Assembly: GCA_036172245.1 (NCBI GenBank) | Contig: JAYWIR010000003.1 | Coordinates: 3,224,001 to 3,288,000, forward strand | Reading direction: 5' to 3' | Length of the DNA stretch: 64,000 nt | Origin: Raillietiella orientalis | Taxonomy: Eukaryota | In this document: positions 27,151 to 41,200 of the stretch, in pieces | Numbering within the stretch: position 1 is the first letter of the stretch | How the letters are laid out: each line of letters begins with the position of its first letter | The notes under the pieces: generated by a model | Database searches by the model: none | The model's input: only the letters and a program-made list of their open reading frames with translations | What the model was told of the DNA's origin: nothing | Translations under genes and position numbers: made by a program

Positions 27151-28624
27151 CGAGAGCTCTTGTAGCATGGGAAGCCCTGTGAAGACTCTATCTCTTTCGT
27201 CTGCAAAAACAAATATGCGGATTCTCAAATATCGGATTCCCTTCTTACCCAAACAAAACCCCCGTTCAATTTGATTGGTGGTGTCGGGAAACTCCTCTGT
27301 CTTATATCTAAACATCATATCCGTAAGCTCATGAGAGGAAAGTTTATTTCCTTGGTTCCTTCTTCAGGCTTCTACCAACTGACTCATTAAAACTGCACGA
27401 AACAGACGCCGTTTCACTTCTACGGTCGCGTTTCATCTTTGTCGAATGGCTACAACATCTTGCGTTCCTTCTTGATTGGTAAAATGCTCTGAAGTCACCC
27501 GAGCTCATGAGCCAAGTCCATCGAAAGCAGCAGCAGCTTCGTTGCTGAAAATGACTGAAAATCTGTGTGCAGGCTGTTCCTTTTCCTGAGGATGATGCTG
27601 GTAAACGCTCCTTACGTGCACTTGTACGCTAGTCAACGCATTTTGAATTTTGATTCCTCGGTAAAATTATGGAATTAAACTTCTCAGTGAATACATCGTT
27701 GGTTAATGGTGTCGCTAAATGGTGATGTCTCTGAACAGTCATATTTCCTGATAATTACATTTCAGAGTGATCATATTGCTGAACCGAATAGAAGAATAGA
27801 ATAGCATAGATCATGAAGGAAAAAGGCTCGTGGGTGGAAGCGAGGCATTCAGTGCAGTTAGGAAACGCAAGATGGAAAAGTACCTTGGCAACCGATCATT
27901 TCCCATCTGCCTCCGATTCACATGAGATTAAAGTTTCCGAAGAGTTCGGTTTCCTCGCAACGGATCGAGTCTGTTTTCTGCTTCCGAGAGTTTTGCCTTG
28001 GAAGCGCTGAAGGAATCGCAAGGAGGAGCAAGTTGGATGAGATCTGCGGAAGGGAGCAGCTTCACCAGGTAGAGAAATGACGTCCTATATGCATTCTTGT
28101 AAACGACCAGTTGGTTATCTCCGCGACCGGTTAGAAACGAGGTTTCCGCGTTGGTTTCCCTGGTACGAACCGGGTTCTGCGAGCACGGTGGTGTGAGTCA
28201 GCAATGGGGGCTTCCCCATCCACGAGTTTCCCACTCCCACTTTTCCATTCCGCGACGGTCGGAGCACGTGTGCAGCTTCTTCACACGGGGCAGACTGCCT
28301 CTTCGCGAGGCATGCTCCCGGAGGAACGAAGGTCCGGTCGACATGAGTTAGGAGAGGGCAGCTGGGAGTGAGTGAAGCGATTCGTCGAATTCGCAACAAC
28401 GAGCCCCCGGTTGCTTCGAGAATGGGGCAGGGAGTCACCGCGGTTTCACCTCGGTTCCCGGACAGCTGCAAACGTGACGTGTTTCGAGCTTCCCCAAGTT
28501 CGGGCGCTCCTCCCCTCCTCCAAGACAGATTCCGGATCCAACTGGTAGAAGGAAACGGTGTGCGCCCGGCCCGTTGCTAAGCGGTCGGATTCCGCGCAAT
28601 TCGAGCTTTCCTTGGAAGGCGGCG

Positions 28625-29255
28625 ATGCCAGCCGGATAAGCCGGGACTTTTATTTAAAACCTCTTGCATGGTCAATACAAAAAACGTGGTACAAAGTTCC
28701 ACTAACGGCCACTCAGCACCGGACCTGCCGGGACGCCGGGACGCTGCCCGGTGTGACTCTCCTCGGCAGTGGAAGGGGATGGGGGAGAAAACAAAAATAA
28801 AAATAAAATTGAGAAAAAAAAAAACAAAAAGAGTTTGAAGGGCCGGGAAGGGATCACATTCCACTACGGGGAGGGCCCATCCTTTGCAGGATGCCCTCGA
28901 GGTCCTCCTTCATTTTACCCAGCTGGGACCATCCGGCAGCTCTCTGTATGAAGCGAACTGCATACGGGATGACTTCCATCTCGTTGGAATCAACATCTTC
29001 GTCCTGGGCATCACCCTTGCCGCCACGATGCCCGGATGCAGCAAAGTGCTGCAAGGGATGCGGCAGGCTGCAGGGCGTCCCTCACGAACAGGAGTCGTAA
29101 AACGTCTCTGGGCACGCTGCCCACCGGGAGCGCGAGGGTCCTCCCAAAATGTTCCCAAAGGGACCGAAGGGTAGCACAATCAACAAGAAGGTGGGGGAAC
29201 GATTCACGCTCCCCGCACCTGGCACACTCAGGCTTTACTCTCCTCGAGTCCAGGA
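28625..29255 (-). mobile_element. 3' end of a Tx1-like LINE (zinc finger + 3' UTR)
   Basis: CARCGERESFPHLLVDC..LW, then a T-rich 3' UTR and AATAAA. Confidence 0.8.
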
Positions 29256-30742
29256 ACACGTTCGCGGCTCCTCTCCTCCGTTCCCTGCTTTTTGTTTGTA
29301 CCCCCACAGAGAGGATTAAGAAGCGGACGAAGGACCTCCTCCGTATCGCCCTTTGGGGCAACGGAAGGGCCCGAGTCCGCTTGAAGGACTTGTGCGCTCC
29401 GCGTCGGGATGGCGGTCTAGGCATCCTGACGTTGGAGCGGCTGGAGCTTCAGCTCCAGTTCCGGATGTTGGCCGTTGTGCCGGAGTTGTAGTGCACCTGC
29501 TGGTGTATCCCTGCACGTCTCCTCGTCAAGAAAGCCACCGGGAAGACGGGACTCACGTCCTTTCTTTCACTCCATCGCTCCCGCATCAACTGATGTGGGA
29601 CCCAGCTGCGGAGGGTGGCTGCCTTGGTTCGGAAAAATCAAGGATGGATCACCTGTCGCCCCGCGAACGGTAGTGCCTGGTTGCAGGAAACCGTTCGCAC
29701 GTGGGGACAGTACGGCATGCAACGCGCCCAACAGGAACGACGGTTCCTGTTTGGGTGCTACAGAAGTTGCACGCTCCGCGAGATCCTGGAGGATCCGCAG
29801 AAGCGAGCGTGGACAGGAAGAACCCCCCTCGCTGTTGCGCTGGCCTCCCTAATGGAAGATCAGGACAGCGATGTTGCGGCGAAGTGGGAGGTTAAAGTAA
29901 CCATCTCCGGAAAGGAGAAGAAGCAAGGAGAGTGGAAGACAGGCCAGTTAACAGACGCTGCGCCCCCGAGTCCGCCTCCCATGGACTTCTGCACTGGGGC
30001 GCGCTGCTCGATGTTCCCATTGAACTTCTGAAGTGGCCACCGGTGCTCATGAACACTTCCACGCTCCCTTAAAATGGCAGGAATCGGCTCTACTGTTGCA
30101 GCACTGGGGACTCTCCTGCAACGCCCGCCGACACCACTGGACCTGGGAAGCGGTCGATCCCAATTGTGTTAGGTGTGGGTAACGGGAGTCCCTCCCCCAC
30201 CTCCTTGTGGATTGTGTTGCCCTTCGGCCCCTTTGGTTCCGCTTCACCGCGGCCATCGGTATCCCCTGCGGCAACCCCAGGGACGCATTGAAAGCCCTCT
30301 TTGTTGCCGACGCCCTCCGGCCTGCGTCCTCGTTAGCAGTGCTGTGCTGCCTACGTGGGATAGTCGCCGCTTGGAGTAAGGCTACGGGAGGACCTCGCGA
30401 TAAGGGTGCCATCCTGCACGCCGCCGAATTTTTGAAGAGGGCGTCGCGATGGCCCCACCTGGATCCAGGAATGCAGAAAGAGCTTGCCGGCATCCTGCAG
30501 AGGATGCAACGGCCCCAGCAGCAACAGTGATCCCTTCCCTTACCCTCCCAAGTTTTATTTTCTTTTTTGTTTAGTTTTTTGTTTATTCTCCCTTCCCCCT
30601 GCTGCCGTGGTGGACCGTACCGGTCTACGAACCGGTGACCCGTCAGGCTCTGTGTTTCTTCGTGCGTGGCTGGAGCATTGGTCCAGCCACTGTACTTCTT
30701 TGTAAAAGTTTATTTTTAAATAAAGCCCCGGAGAAATCCGGG
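29255..30742 (+). mobile_element. 5'-truncated Tx1-like LINE (post-RT region, zinc finger, 3' UTR)
   Basis: ALWGNGRARV..LCAPRRDGGLG, CVRCG*RESLPHLLVDC..LRPLW, T-rich UTR and AATAAA. Confidence 0.85.
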
Positions 30743-30744
30743 TG

Positions 30745-33060
30745 AAAATCGAACGCCTTATGCAGATCGACTGCGATCGCTAGGGCTCCCTTCCCCACCC
30801 GGGAGTCCCTGCCCTGCCCGACTGCCGGCCCCAAAGTGGGTTGCCGATCTTCCCGTTTCCTCTCTTTTCACTCCGCTGTACGTGAAACCATGTGCTCGCG
30901 AAGAAGAGGTTGGCCTCCACACTTCGCCCGGGAACAGCATAAGTCTGCTCCGGGCTAATTATGGAGTCGGCCACCTGCCCCAAACGCGACGCCCACAGTC
31001 AGACAATCAGCTTGGCGTCCGCGTTCACGATCGTGATCGGACGCCAGTTGCTTAACTTTCTGAGATCCCCTCCCTTTGGAAGGAGCTTCACACTGGCTGA
31101 CCGAAATGAGGCGGGAACATCGCCTTCGTCTCGGGTCAGTCTTGTCAACTCGAGCACCAGGGGTGCCAGCTCTGCTGCGAAGCAATGGAAAAACTCCGCG
31201 GGCAGGCCGTCCTTCCCTGGCGCCTTACGCTTCTTGAGCCTTCTAATTCTGGCGAGAATTTCGCCGGTCGTGAAAGGCTCATCGAGGCTTTCCCTCTCTT
31301 CCTCCCCTATCGCCACGGCACCATTCGAGAGCAAGCGCCGCGAAGGCGGCGATGAGAAAACGGAGCTAGTGGATGCACTGCATGCGACCCTGCACTTTTG
31401 ACTCTCGGCTCCGGAAAGTGGGGACAGCGGTAGTCAGGAGAAACGCTGGATCAGGAAGTCAGCGCTTCTTCCCGCTTTCAAGAACCGGGAGCACCTTCCA
31501 TTCCGAAAACAGCCGCGTCGCTATTTTCGGTTTCCAAAAACGCTCTTCCCTTTCGCCGAGATGCTCCTCAGCCGGAACTGAGAACACAAAGAGAAGAGGA
31601 GGCGCTCGCTCGTGTTGGGGGTCCCGCTGGCGGTCGGTTGAGACCTCCGACCTTCGATGCAGTGCGCACATTGAGCTGCTACGGGCACGCAAAGTGCATC
31701 GGGCATAAACGAGGTTTTCGACGGTGGGCACAGTGAACGAACGGTGGACGTTTCGCACTCGACTTCGATTTCTCTCGCGGCTAAGCTACGATTCGAGTGT
31801 CTCGCCGACCCAGAGGAGAGGGGAGAACAGGAAGTCTGGATCTATTAAAAGGTCAAGTGCTGAAGAAGCGTTCGCCTGACGGCTCACGAAGTTCTTTGGA
31901 GCTGCCCCGCCACTCCCTTGCGCGTAACTCTTAAAGCAAGAGGTTGCTCGGGACCACTCTATGAATCCAGGAAGGGCTCCGAAGGAAGGAATGGGTTCCT
32001 CTTCCTCTTGGGTTGTCTCCAGAAGGGAATCCCGAAAGGAACGAACGTCTTCCTTATTCTCTCCGGAGGGGTCCCGCGGAGAGTACTGCTCCATTATTGT
32101 TTCTCCGAAGGAATAATGTAGGAACCGAAAAGGAACCGCTCCTCGCTTCCTTGTCTGAGAAGAACATCGAAGGGACGCGTCCGAATTTCTCTGTGATTAG
32201 CTCCCCGATGAAAACAAGGCCCCTGATGGCATTTTGGGGAGCCAGCCCTCCGAGAGAGGTATCAACCCGCTCCATGGTACGCGACGGAGGGAGGGTGGGT
32301 CTTTACAAAAGGTGTGGACGGCTCCATTTGCGCAACCGGAGAGGAGCCTTGTAGGGATCGGTTTCCTTGGATCCAGGAAGGACCCTGAAGGGCCAACTCC
32401 CAATCTCGGCCGGTCAAGGGGGCATCCGCTGGTTTCCGAGTTCCACCAGCGCTGCACCCGAATAAACAGCCAGAGTCATCTTGTGGGAGGAACTCGAAAG
32501 ACCACCCATTTCTCTGTCGTTGGTGCTTCGTGTGGACACGGGCAGAGAGTTTGGCAGATTGTCGGCACGCTAGATGAACCTTCGGGTGCTCCTCCAGGAA
32601 GAACCGTAGGCCCTCTAAATCCGGATGGACATCTCCGTGCTCACCTCGCTCCCTCCCACCTCTATCCAACAAGGGAAGAGGCTGTTTCTTTACGGGAGAT
32701 CCGCCTTCAGTAGGCGAGGCCACCGTTGGATTTGTGGGAACTGCTCGCAGAGCTTCCCGGAGTGCGGCAGAATCGGAATTTCTTGCTGCATAGTGGCGCC
32801 CTTCTTCCAGGGAGAGAGCGGCCAGATGCAGCAGCCTTCTCGCGCCCCACCGACGCCATCCGCCGACGTTGTTGAGGCGTTTGTTTGTCTGTCGAAGGCT
32901 GCGGACGGCGTCGGTTTTCGCGAGACCTTGTGCCATACCTGTGCGGAGGCACGCCTGAGACGGAGACGGCGCTTCGAAGAGGCCGAGACCACACTTGCGG
33001 CGGCGGTTTCTACGGTGCGTCGAAGCAGCAGTCAGTTAGCCACGTGAACTGACATCGAAG
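30745..33060 (-). mobile_element. Tx1-like LINE ORF2 5' half (decayed APE region + N-terminal RT subdomains)
   Basis: LDEPFTTGEI...KAPGKDGLPAEFF...LLPKGGDLRKLSNWRPITIVNADAK...IISPEQTYAVPGRS...VDLHKAFD; the element stops after KAFD. Confidence 0.9.
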
Positions 33061-33799
33061 GACATGGCGGAAATCGTTCTGCAGATCGGGACTCTCCAGG
33101 GGTGCCATGACAGGACTTTCTGCACTTCGTGGACCTTCCACTCCGATATCGGTCCAAGGATCATGAATATTGCTTTTATTTACCTTTCCTTTGCATTGTA
33201 CTACTAATCCTTCTTTCAAGTCTATTTTCCTTGACTATTTCGGTCTGTAAATGTTTCAGGAGGCAAATTCCCACCGTTCTTTCTTTTGATTCAGTCTTTT
33301 TTGGTTAGCAAAGATCAAAATCATATCCAGATTCTTACAAACCGTTACTTTCTTGGTATAGAGCTGCACCCTAAGTGTATTCGTGACGAAGTGGAATTTG
33401 GTCACTACGAGGTGCACTCCCTTGAATGATGTTTTTCCCACGGTCGAACCTTGAATAAAAATTTATGAAAGTGATTTCCTGCTAATTTTCATTCCTTTTT
33501 CGATTGTTCTGATAATAATTGACATTTTCTCTGCATTGCTGCTTTTTTTCTGTTTGCTAAGGGAGCCCGTTCTTCACTGAAGGAATTTGTCGGTGGCAAC
33601 TAAGTATTTAATTTGATGCTAAGTAAATTAATGGAAATAGCGCTTGGCTGCCCTGGACTTCTTCTTGCAGACTGTTGTGTAGATACTGTAAAGAATGCAA
33701 TACCTGAGCAAACTTGTATAATGGAGTCAAGTGGTGTATTCACAAGATAGTGAAATATGTCATTAGCTTGGACACTTACTTCAAGAAGCCTCCATTGTA
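31765..33799. repeat. Duplication block C, copy 1
   Basis: Direct repeat of 46661-48667. Confidence 0.95.
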
Positions 33800-35826
33800 A
33801 AATCAGCGAAGATTTGTGGTTGTTAGCGACTAACAGTAGTTCACCTTTTAGAGTGTCGAAAGCCAATATCTGGTTACCCAGACGTGGGAAACCAGTAAGA
33901 ACGAGTAACACAGTAGGATCCAGAATGCTCCAGAAACTATTGCAAAAAGATAATAGTGTAAGGTATATGCATGTTTTTGTCTTAGCTTTCTTGCATTTTA
34001 TATTTTGCCGAGTATCAGTATTTGCATTAAGAGGACCGTTTTATGTAGCGAAATATAAATGCAGTATGAAAATATTACGTTTACATCTTGTAAGATGAAA
34101 ATCACATGTATAAAATACTGATGTAACGGTGAAAGTTTCATTCGAAGCCCCTAGATTGTCTGATTTTTTTTTTTTTTTTTTCAAGAAAATAAACTTCCGA
34201 TGGTTTTCACAAGTAAAGGCCCTACTCTGATTCCAAAAGACTTCACGTCAATTGGAATATTGTAACCCTAAATGTGCCCCTAGCTGCCTAAAAGTATTAT
34301 CCTGCGCGTGTAAACGAACATGAATCTTCATGTACATATGAATCTTGTTCTTTTCCATATATCAGTGTTGCTTTCTATAACTATCACAGTGTATGGAGTA
34401 ATCAATTTATAACCGAGATTACTTTGAATTAAGTGAAAAATGCTTTTGATTTCTCATCAGTAAAAATATTTTCCTGGTTTATTTAATTCATTATTTGTAT
34501 ATACGTAGTATTTATTTGCATATAATGAAAATCCAAATCAAATCATCCAGGGTTATAAACAGGGTTGGTTGTTTTTCTCTTTGTACAGCCAGAGCAGACA
34601 ACCTAAATTATTTCGAGATGCAAATGCAGAGAATAAATCTGTCACCTATGGAATGCCAAATTTTCAAATGGAAAACACTCCAAGAAGAATTTTATCCCTG
34701 GAAAAAATCTTCATGGAACACATAACCTACATATTATTCAACATCAAGTCTTCTGAATATTTACATCAGTATGGTTTTAGAGTGCTTAAGGTGAAGTTGA
34801 GTAATGTGAAATAATGGTTTCTTTGTGTACAGAATTCAAATTTTAAATTGTAAAGCCGTGTGCAAGTACAATTTCCAGATTATGCATTTTCTTAAATTTA
34901 AGCTGGTATTTACATATTTCAATTACTCCACTCAGGAAGTGAGAAAATGTCTATCATGATTGTGTTCATGTATGTGTCTGGTGCTGCACAAAATCTCACA
35001 CCATTAGACTGATTAAATCTTTATGTGCTTGTTCTTACTTTTAGGTACAGGTGTCAAAGTCACTAAGGGGCTTGGTTGTCTATTGGACATGTTCCCACAG
35101 TGAGAAGGATGTTGTCATAGAAAATTTATTAAATGAGAGCATTGATACAGTGCGGCAAGAACTGGCAACTCATATCCAGCTACACTCTGTACCATACATT
35201 AGCTTCAGCAAAGACAGATTATACGAGAGGGAGATGCAAGTCGAAAACTTGTTAGCTACGGCAGATTATGGGGAAAACTATCAACCACTACTTTCAACAA
35301 GGAGAGCTCACGGTGCTTTGGAAGTAGATAAGGTTGGAAAAGAAATGTGGCATGAATGTCAGATCACATGTTCGTGCAGGATGAAGTTCAGTCATTGAAT
35401 CATCCACTGTTGACTGTTCCTGAAAATACACTTGGGCTTCCTCACAGCAAAATTTGGGCAAAGGTATGGGTTCCCCTTCGTGTCCATCTTTTATAACTTA
35501 CGAAGTTTCAGATTGTAAAGAAAAAAAGAGAAGAGAGACTATGTCCAAAAGAATCAAAGTCTCTACAGGAATTGCAGGCCTTTTATGATTGTTCAAGTGA
35601 ACAGCTCATATTGAAGAGGAAGGACTTTGTCAAGGCACTGAAACAGAGACGAGCACATATACAGAATCTCAACCAGGATATGAAGCAATCAGAAATGGAA
35701 GTTTCTGAAATCTCACCCCTGGAAGCAGAGGATGAGAGCTGCAGTTACTGCGACGACGACGACGACCAGGATGAGGATTACAACGAATTAGATTGGCGTG
35801 CAGACGCAGGCAGTGCAGAGGATTAG
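33757..35826 (+). CDS. RBFA: Mitochondrial ribosome-binding factor A, 5 exons (33757-33962, 34589-34790, 35045-35332, 35380-35463, 35511-35826)
   Basis: Basic, Ser/Thr-rich presequence-like exon 1; RRILSLEKIFMEHIT...KVQVS..VVYW; VRQELA....VPYISFSKD; LLATADYG; TLGLPH; splice phases consistent. Confidence 0.8.
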
Positions 35827-37443
35827 TTGCTCGACTCCCAGCGCAGGAAGCTTAGCAGCAGCACCCACGGATTTGAAGCGATGTGCACAAAAAGGGTTGC
35901 AGCCCGATGTCCATGTGAGTTTCTGGAACTGCCGATCATCATCTCGGGTGTGCCTCAGCGGGGAAGCAGAACTGGGAGTTACTATTGATAATAAAACGAG
36001 ATGGATGTGTCCGACAAGCTACGAAGACTGGAAAGCGAAAAACATTAGACACGGTGTGGGTTCGGCATTTGAGACTGCCGATCGGTTTTCGTGATTAAGC
36101 TCAGCAAGCAAAGGAGCGTGGTTCTTGAAAGCTGTTGGGTGAATTAAACGATGGTGCTGCCGTGTGGAGGATGGACGGCAAAGCGATCCGTTTGGCAGCA
36201 GTGGTTTTTCGATTTCCGCGTTCCTTCGCGTACTGAATGCCCCCTTTTTACGACTAACGCGACCCATCGGTTGCCGTTTGTACGATTTCGATTCGGGAAA
36301 GGGAAATTGTCCCAACGCAAGCACGTGATCAGCACTTACTGGTTTCAGGCGTTTCTCCACCGGTGCTTGGAGCGTGCAAGGTGCCACGGTCAGCGGTCAT
36401 CCTCGGTCATACGTTGATCGTGTGGATGGTTAGCCACGTGCATGGCTGCGCATGTCACCACGTGCGACGGTACTTGAGGTGCACGTGCTGCCCTTTTTTT
36501 TTTTTCCACCGCCGGTACTCTTCAGTACTGTACGAGGTACAGTACTGAGTACAGGCGTGGGCTGCCCAAGCAAATGGAAGCTGCTCGTGTTCGACCTGAT
36601 GCGACGGAACAGCACGCTGCCACTTCTCCAGTTGAGTGGGTCGGAACGAAAAACAGTTGCATTAAGCAAATCGCGTAAGGAAGTCGTCCGTCGCTTGAAA
36701 GGAACGAGCACGGAAAAGGCTTTTTTTGCGGGAGGGGGGGAGAGAGAGAGAGACGGAGAAGCTCAATCAGTGGGATGTATTGAGTGCCCAGGGAAAAGGT
36801 GCTCGTTTGAACATTGCACACGTGGTCATTCGGCCAGTCTTCCTGGCTTGCATCGAGGCACACAAGTCGACGAAATCCACAGTAAATTTCCGGTGTTGCC
36901 GAAGACCCCGTCGCTCAGGAGAGTTGCCTCGCAGGGGTGTGTTGAGAATAACCGAGAAACGAATGGGGGGAACGACAATTCCCCATCCCTGCATTTGCGA
37001 TGCTTTCCGATCAGCATGACGCTCGCCTTGGGCTCCAGGTCAGCAGCGAGAAGGCAGTCTTCGGGAGTTTCGGTGATCACGCGTTTGCGTTCGCGAGTCC
37101 ATTCGAACACGTGGAAGCACGCGATAACTCCTCGATTTCGCAAGAAACGCGCACAGAGGACGTGCGGACAGATGGGATGCTGATGAGGATCACAAGAGCG
37201 ACGAGCACAAGCTCGAAACAACCGTGTGCATGAAACGCTCGGGGCGGAAGGACCCACCTCGGACTTTCTCAAGTGCTCTCTTCACTTTGTGTCGGTTGCA
37301 AAGGCAACACAACAACTTTGCGCTCCCGTCGGAGAAGCTTCACTGATGGCCTACGGGGACACCGGGATGCCGGAAGGGAACATCGTGGCCATCCCAACCC
37401 GACCTCATTGCCCATGAGCGCTTGTCGCATCGGCGCTCGCTTT
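34917..37443. repeat. Duplication block D, copy 1 (RBFA exons 3-5 + downstream DNA)
   Basis: Direct repeat of 51095-53619. Confidence 0.95.
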
Positions 37444-37450
37444 CGGCTTT

Positions 37451-38207
37451 TCGGTTTTCATGCTGGCTGTGCTGTACTCCTCTCTTCGGTGTCGGAACGT
37501 CGCGGCTGCTATTCGCACCCGCCCACACACCTCTGCAGTTTGGCCGCCGGACAGGATGACTCGCTACAAGTCATCGGTCCATTCACGGCCCTTTTCCCCT
37601 GCCCGCACCAACAGGGCAGTACGCGCCAGGCCATTCATCGACAGATCGGAAGAGACTGCGGCAGAAATGCAGGCCGCCATGCGGATGCGAAACCTAAGAA
37701 TCCACTCAAGCACCTCAGCGGTCACTCTTTTTCTTTTTTTTTTCCCGGATATGTTCGGTTTCCGAGCATTGCACGCACGCGTGCGAAAGAAGGAAGCGGC
37801 GAAGACGCTCTTCGTGCCCAAGGGCACGCATTTTCGGCAGCCGGCCCTGCATGGGCGACTGGGAGTTGCCTTAAGCGCTCCATTCGGCGTGAAAAGGATG
37901 CTAGGTGATGCTCAGCATTGAGGGTGGCTGCTGCGAAGGAGATACAGCGGAGCTCCCTCCACGGGGAGTTACCTTGGAGCCGAGGTGAACCAAACTTTGG
38001 TGGCTGCGCGCGAAGGAAGAGCCGTCGGTCCATCCCAGATTGCCGCTCTTCTTTGGAGAAGGCACGTTGCTACAAATTCACATATGGCGGATACATAGAA
38101 CAGACTCAACTTTTATACGACCAAGTCTTAGTTTCCTGATTTCTAGAAACACCTCTGAATTTAGCACGGGAACTTATGAGAGCAGACTTGCTACCACCTC
38201 AGGGAAC
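37451..38207. repeat. Duplicated block A, copy 2
   Basis: Matches 7377-8125. Confidence 0.9.
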
Positions 38208-41200
38208 CAGGGTCGGGAATCTCGAGAATTGGCAACGGGGGGAGGAGGAGAGGGGCACATAGAGTAACCGTGCCGATCGGCGTAGAAACGAGGATCTTGG
38301 CAGCAGGAAGACGTTCAGGTATCCCCCCCATCGCACAGCACATAAGACGGAGAACTGTCCAGGCTAGGATCTAGGAGGCTATGACAGACTCTGTCGCTAG
38401 CTTCATCCTCCCTCTGCTCTCCTCCATCCTTCCAAGGGAATCAGAAAGCGGCCAATGGTACCCCCCGTTCTGTGGAAAGCTGCATTCCTCTTCCGGAAAG
38501 GCTTGAAGGGGAACCGGCAGGACGGAAAGTCCCACGGGTTCCTCGTACGGAGAAGGATGGTCGTCGTGCCCGGAAGGAACCGCACACGACAAGGTATCGG
38601 CTGCCGACCCTCTTTGGTCACTGGCCGCCAGGGCTCACCACGAGCGCGTTCGGTCCTGAAGAAGGCGATATACAGCCTTCTCTCCTGAATACCCGTAATT
38701 CAGACTAGGAGCAGGGAAAGGGAGGAGGGGAGAGAGAATGGGGAAGTGGGAAGCGGGTCTCTGGGGTGCCAATTACATCCCGAGGCCTCAGAGCCTCGCT
38801 TCCCTTCCCCGAATTGAACGTTGACTATGGATCTGCCCCTTCGAGTAGGGTCGCAGTCCAGGAACATCAGACCCTCCCGCGACTCCTCGAGTCTTCCTAA
38901 CGCGGTCCGACGAAAAGAACCTCCGGTATTTCCTTCTTGCCAGCGCAGCAACCTGGTCTCTTCCTTGGGGAGTGTGTCCTCCTGAGGCTCTTCCCTGCAC
39001 GAGGAGGATGCGGTGTCCTTCAGCCGACAAACATGGCGGTCTTGAGATCGATGACTAGCGCCTCGAACCTTTCTCTTTGCTCCGAAGTCTCTAGTAGGCC
39101 GCACGCGTCGTCTTGAAGCTGCTCCCTAGGACGGAGCTTTTCGACGCCACACCCCAGCAATTTCCCTCCCTATGTGCTTCGACTTGGGACAAAAAGCACC
39201 TATTTCTTTGCGGTCTCTACGAAAGAGCTGACTAGGAGGTGAGGAACCACCCAGCGAACAGAGAAATGAGCTCCCTCGATGGGAACTGGGATCTTCATTG
39301 GTTAACAAGGCTACACACCCATCATCTGCACTAAAGTGCAAAGGAGGATTACTCAGGGCACTGGGTGAACGGAACGATAGGGGCATCCAAGGAACAGAGG
39401 AAACCTTGGTACATTGTCTTCTTCTGTGTGAGTCTCCTAGAAAAGCGATCTGAGGCAATTCGAACGCGCAACATGTGGTCAGAGTTTCCATTCAAACTTC
39501 GGTGTTTACAGCCCGACCTCTGGAAGTTCCCTTTCCCGTGCTTTCAATTGCACACCAAATCTTTGTCATTATGGGTTCGTAAGTCTCACCCTTTGCTTTG
39601 GACAGAATCAGATTGCACGTTGTTGACTTGACCCTCGAAAACTTATCTGGGGACTGGTTGTGCAGGCCGCATCGATACAGCCCGTTGCCACAGTGTACGA
39701 TTTTCCTTTATTGGGAAAAGTTTTCCTAAGAAGAGCATCCGTCCATAATCTAAGAGTTCCAACAATCTGCTGGTGCTGCTCTTATTATCCAAAAGGATTT
39801 CCGAGTGCGTGGAGAAGAATCGTAATAGTTGCACAGAAGAGTTTCAACTTGCAAGCTACTAAATGGAGTTACCACGACATTACGTTGTTTTCTGAAATAT
39901 AATTCTTTTTTTCTGAAATATAACTTTCTTTGAATCCTCTAAAATATAATTTGGCTCGATTTGACACGCCACCATTCATAGCGGTTCCTTGGCTTTGCTT
40001 GTATAACAGTGGCGGAAAAATGAGACAAAGCAAAAACAGGAAAGCGTGTATAAGCAAAGAATATACTAAAGAGAGATCCAGTAACATTCATCGTTGTTTT
40101 TATGTGTTTCCAGTTTATGCACATGGCATCGTACAAATCCCTCTTGTGCAAATGGCGCTGCATTTCGTTTCCTCTACGTCTTTTGAAGCTTCGTCTGCAA
40201 AACGAAGCTCAAACATTGAGGAATGCGTTTGCATTCACATGGAATGCGTTCGTGGATACCTAAATGAGTGCTTTATTAATCTTTCATTTCTTCGTCATAA
40301 TGATCAAGTCACTGATTCCTACCGTGGTTGCGAAATGCCTTGCAAACAAATGGGGAAAGAAGGATGGAGAAACCGTGTCTGCAAAACGGAATAAGCAAAC
40401 ATGAATACGAAATTAGTCGGTTCAAGAACAGCACTAAAGACAGCTGTAAAAAAATGATCCGAAAGTAAAGGTGTTGAAACGATGTGCTCGCCTTCAGGAT
40501 GAGCAGTGGAGACTCCGATGGATTCAGCCGACTTGCTTTACGTGTTCCTTCTCCCTGTAAGGCAGCTTCACCTGCTGGAACTTCGTCTTAGGAAGAGAGT
40601 CCTCCCGATCCATCCTGCCCAGACTATGCTCACTTTCTGGGCTGGCTGATCGCTTGGAGTCTTTCATGACTGAGTTGCGCTGATGTCGTGAATCAGTCGA
40701 TGAGCTATGGATGAAATATGTGAAGAAGTCTGCTTCTGTGAAAAGTAAGCTACGTGCAGGTGTATCTGAAATTTACCAAGAGGATCCCCTTGAAAATACA
40801 CTTACAGACACGCTCAGTGGATGCAGACCGTAATAAAAGAGCCCGGAACGAATGAGGATGGAGAGGACGACGCCGCTGACGGAATCGACGAGCGCAGATT
40901 TCATATTTATGGACCACAAGTGCACAACATCATTGAACAGCTTTGGTGAGTCATCGGAGGTGTTCCTCGTGAACATATTGAGAGACTTCGTTGAGAGCCT
41001 CTTCCTCTGTTGACTCGTTCCTGGAACAACCAGCTGTTCCATGATCTGTTGCACCAACGCTGCTGAATATCTTGTCAATGACACGTATAGAAGAAGCCTC
41101 TGCAACAGCAAACGAAGGAAAGTTGTAAGGCAACTCCAAGAGGACCGTCCAAGATGAGTAAGAAATTGCTATTCCCAAAGTCTTTCGATGTGCAGTGATT

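Noticed and set aside
29200..29300. Twin-priming inversion to explain the back-to-back LINE pieces
   Set aside because: Both pieces contain the same 3' region and are strongly diverged, so they are independent insertions.
36452..37272. 243-272 aa ORFs in block D
   Set aside because: The start region differs between copies through a homopolymer indel, and there is no homology signal.
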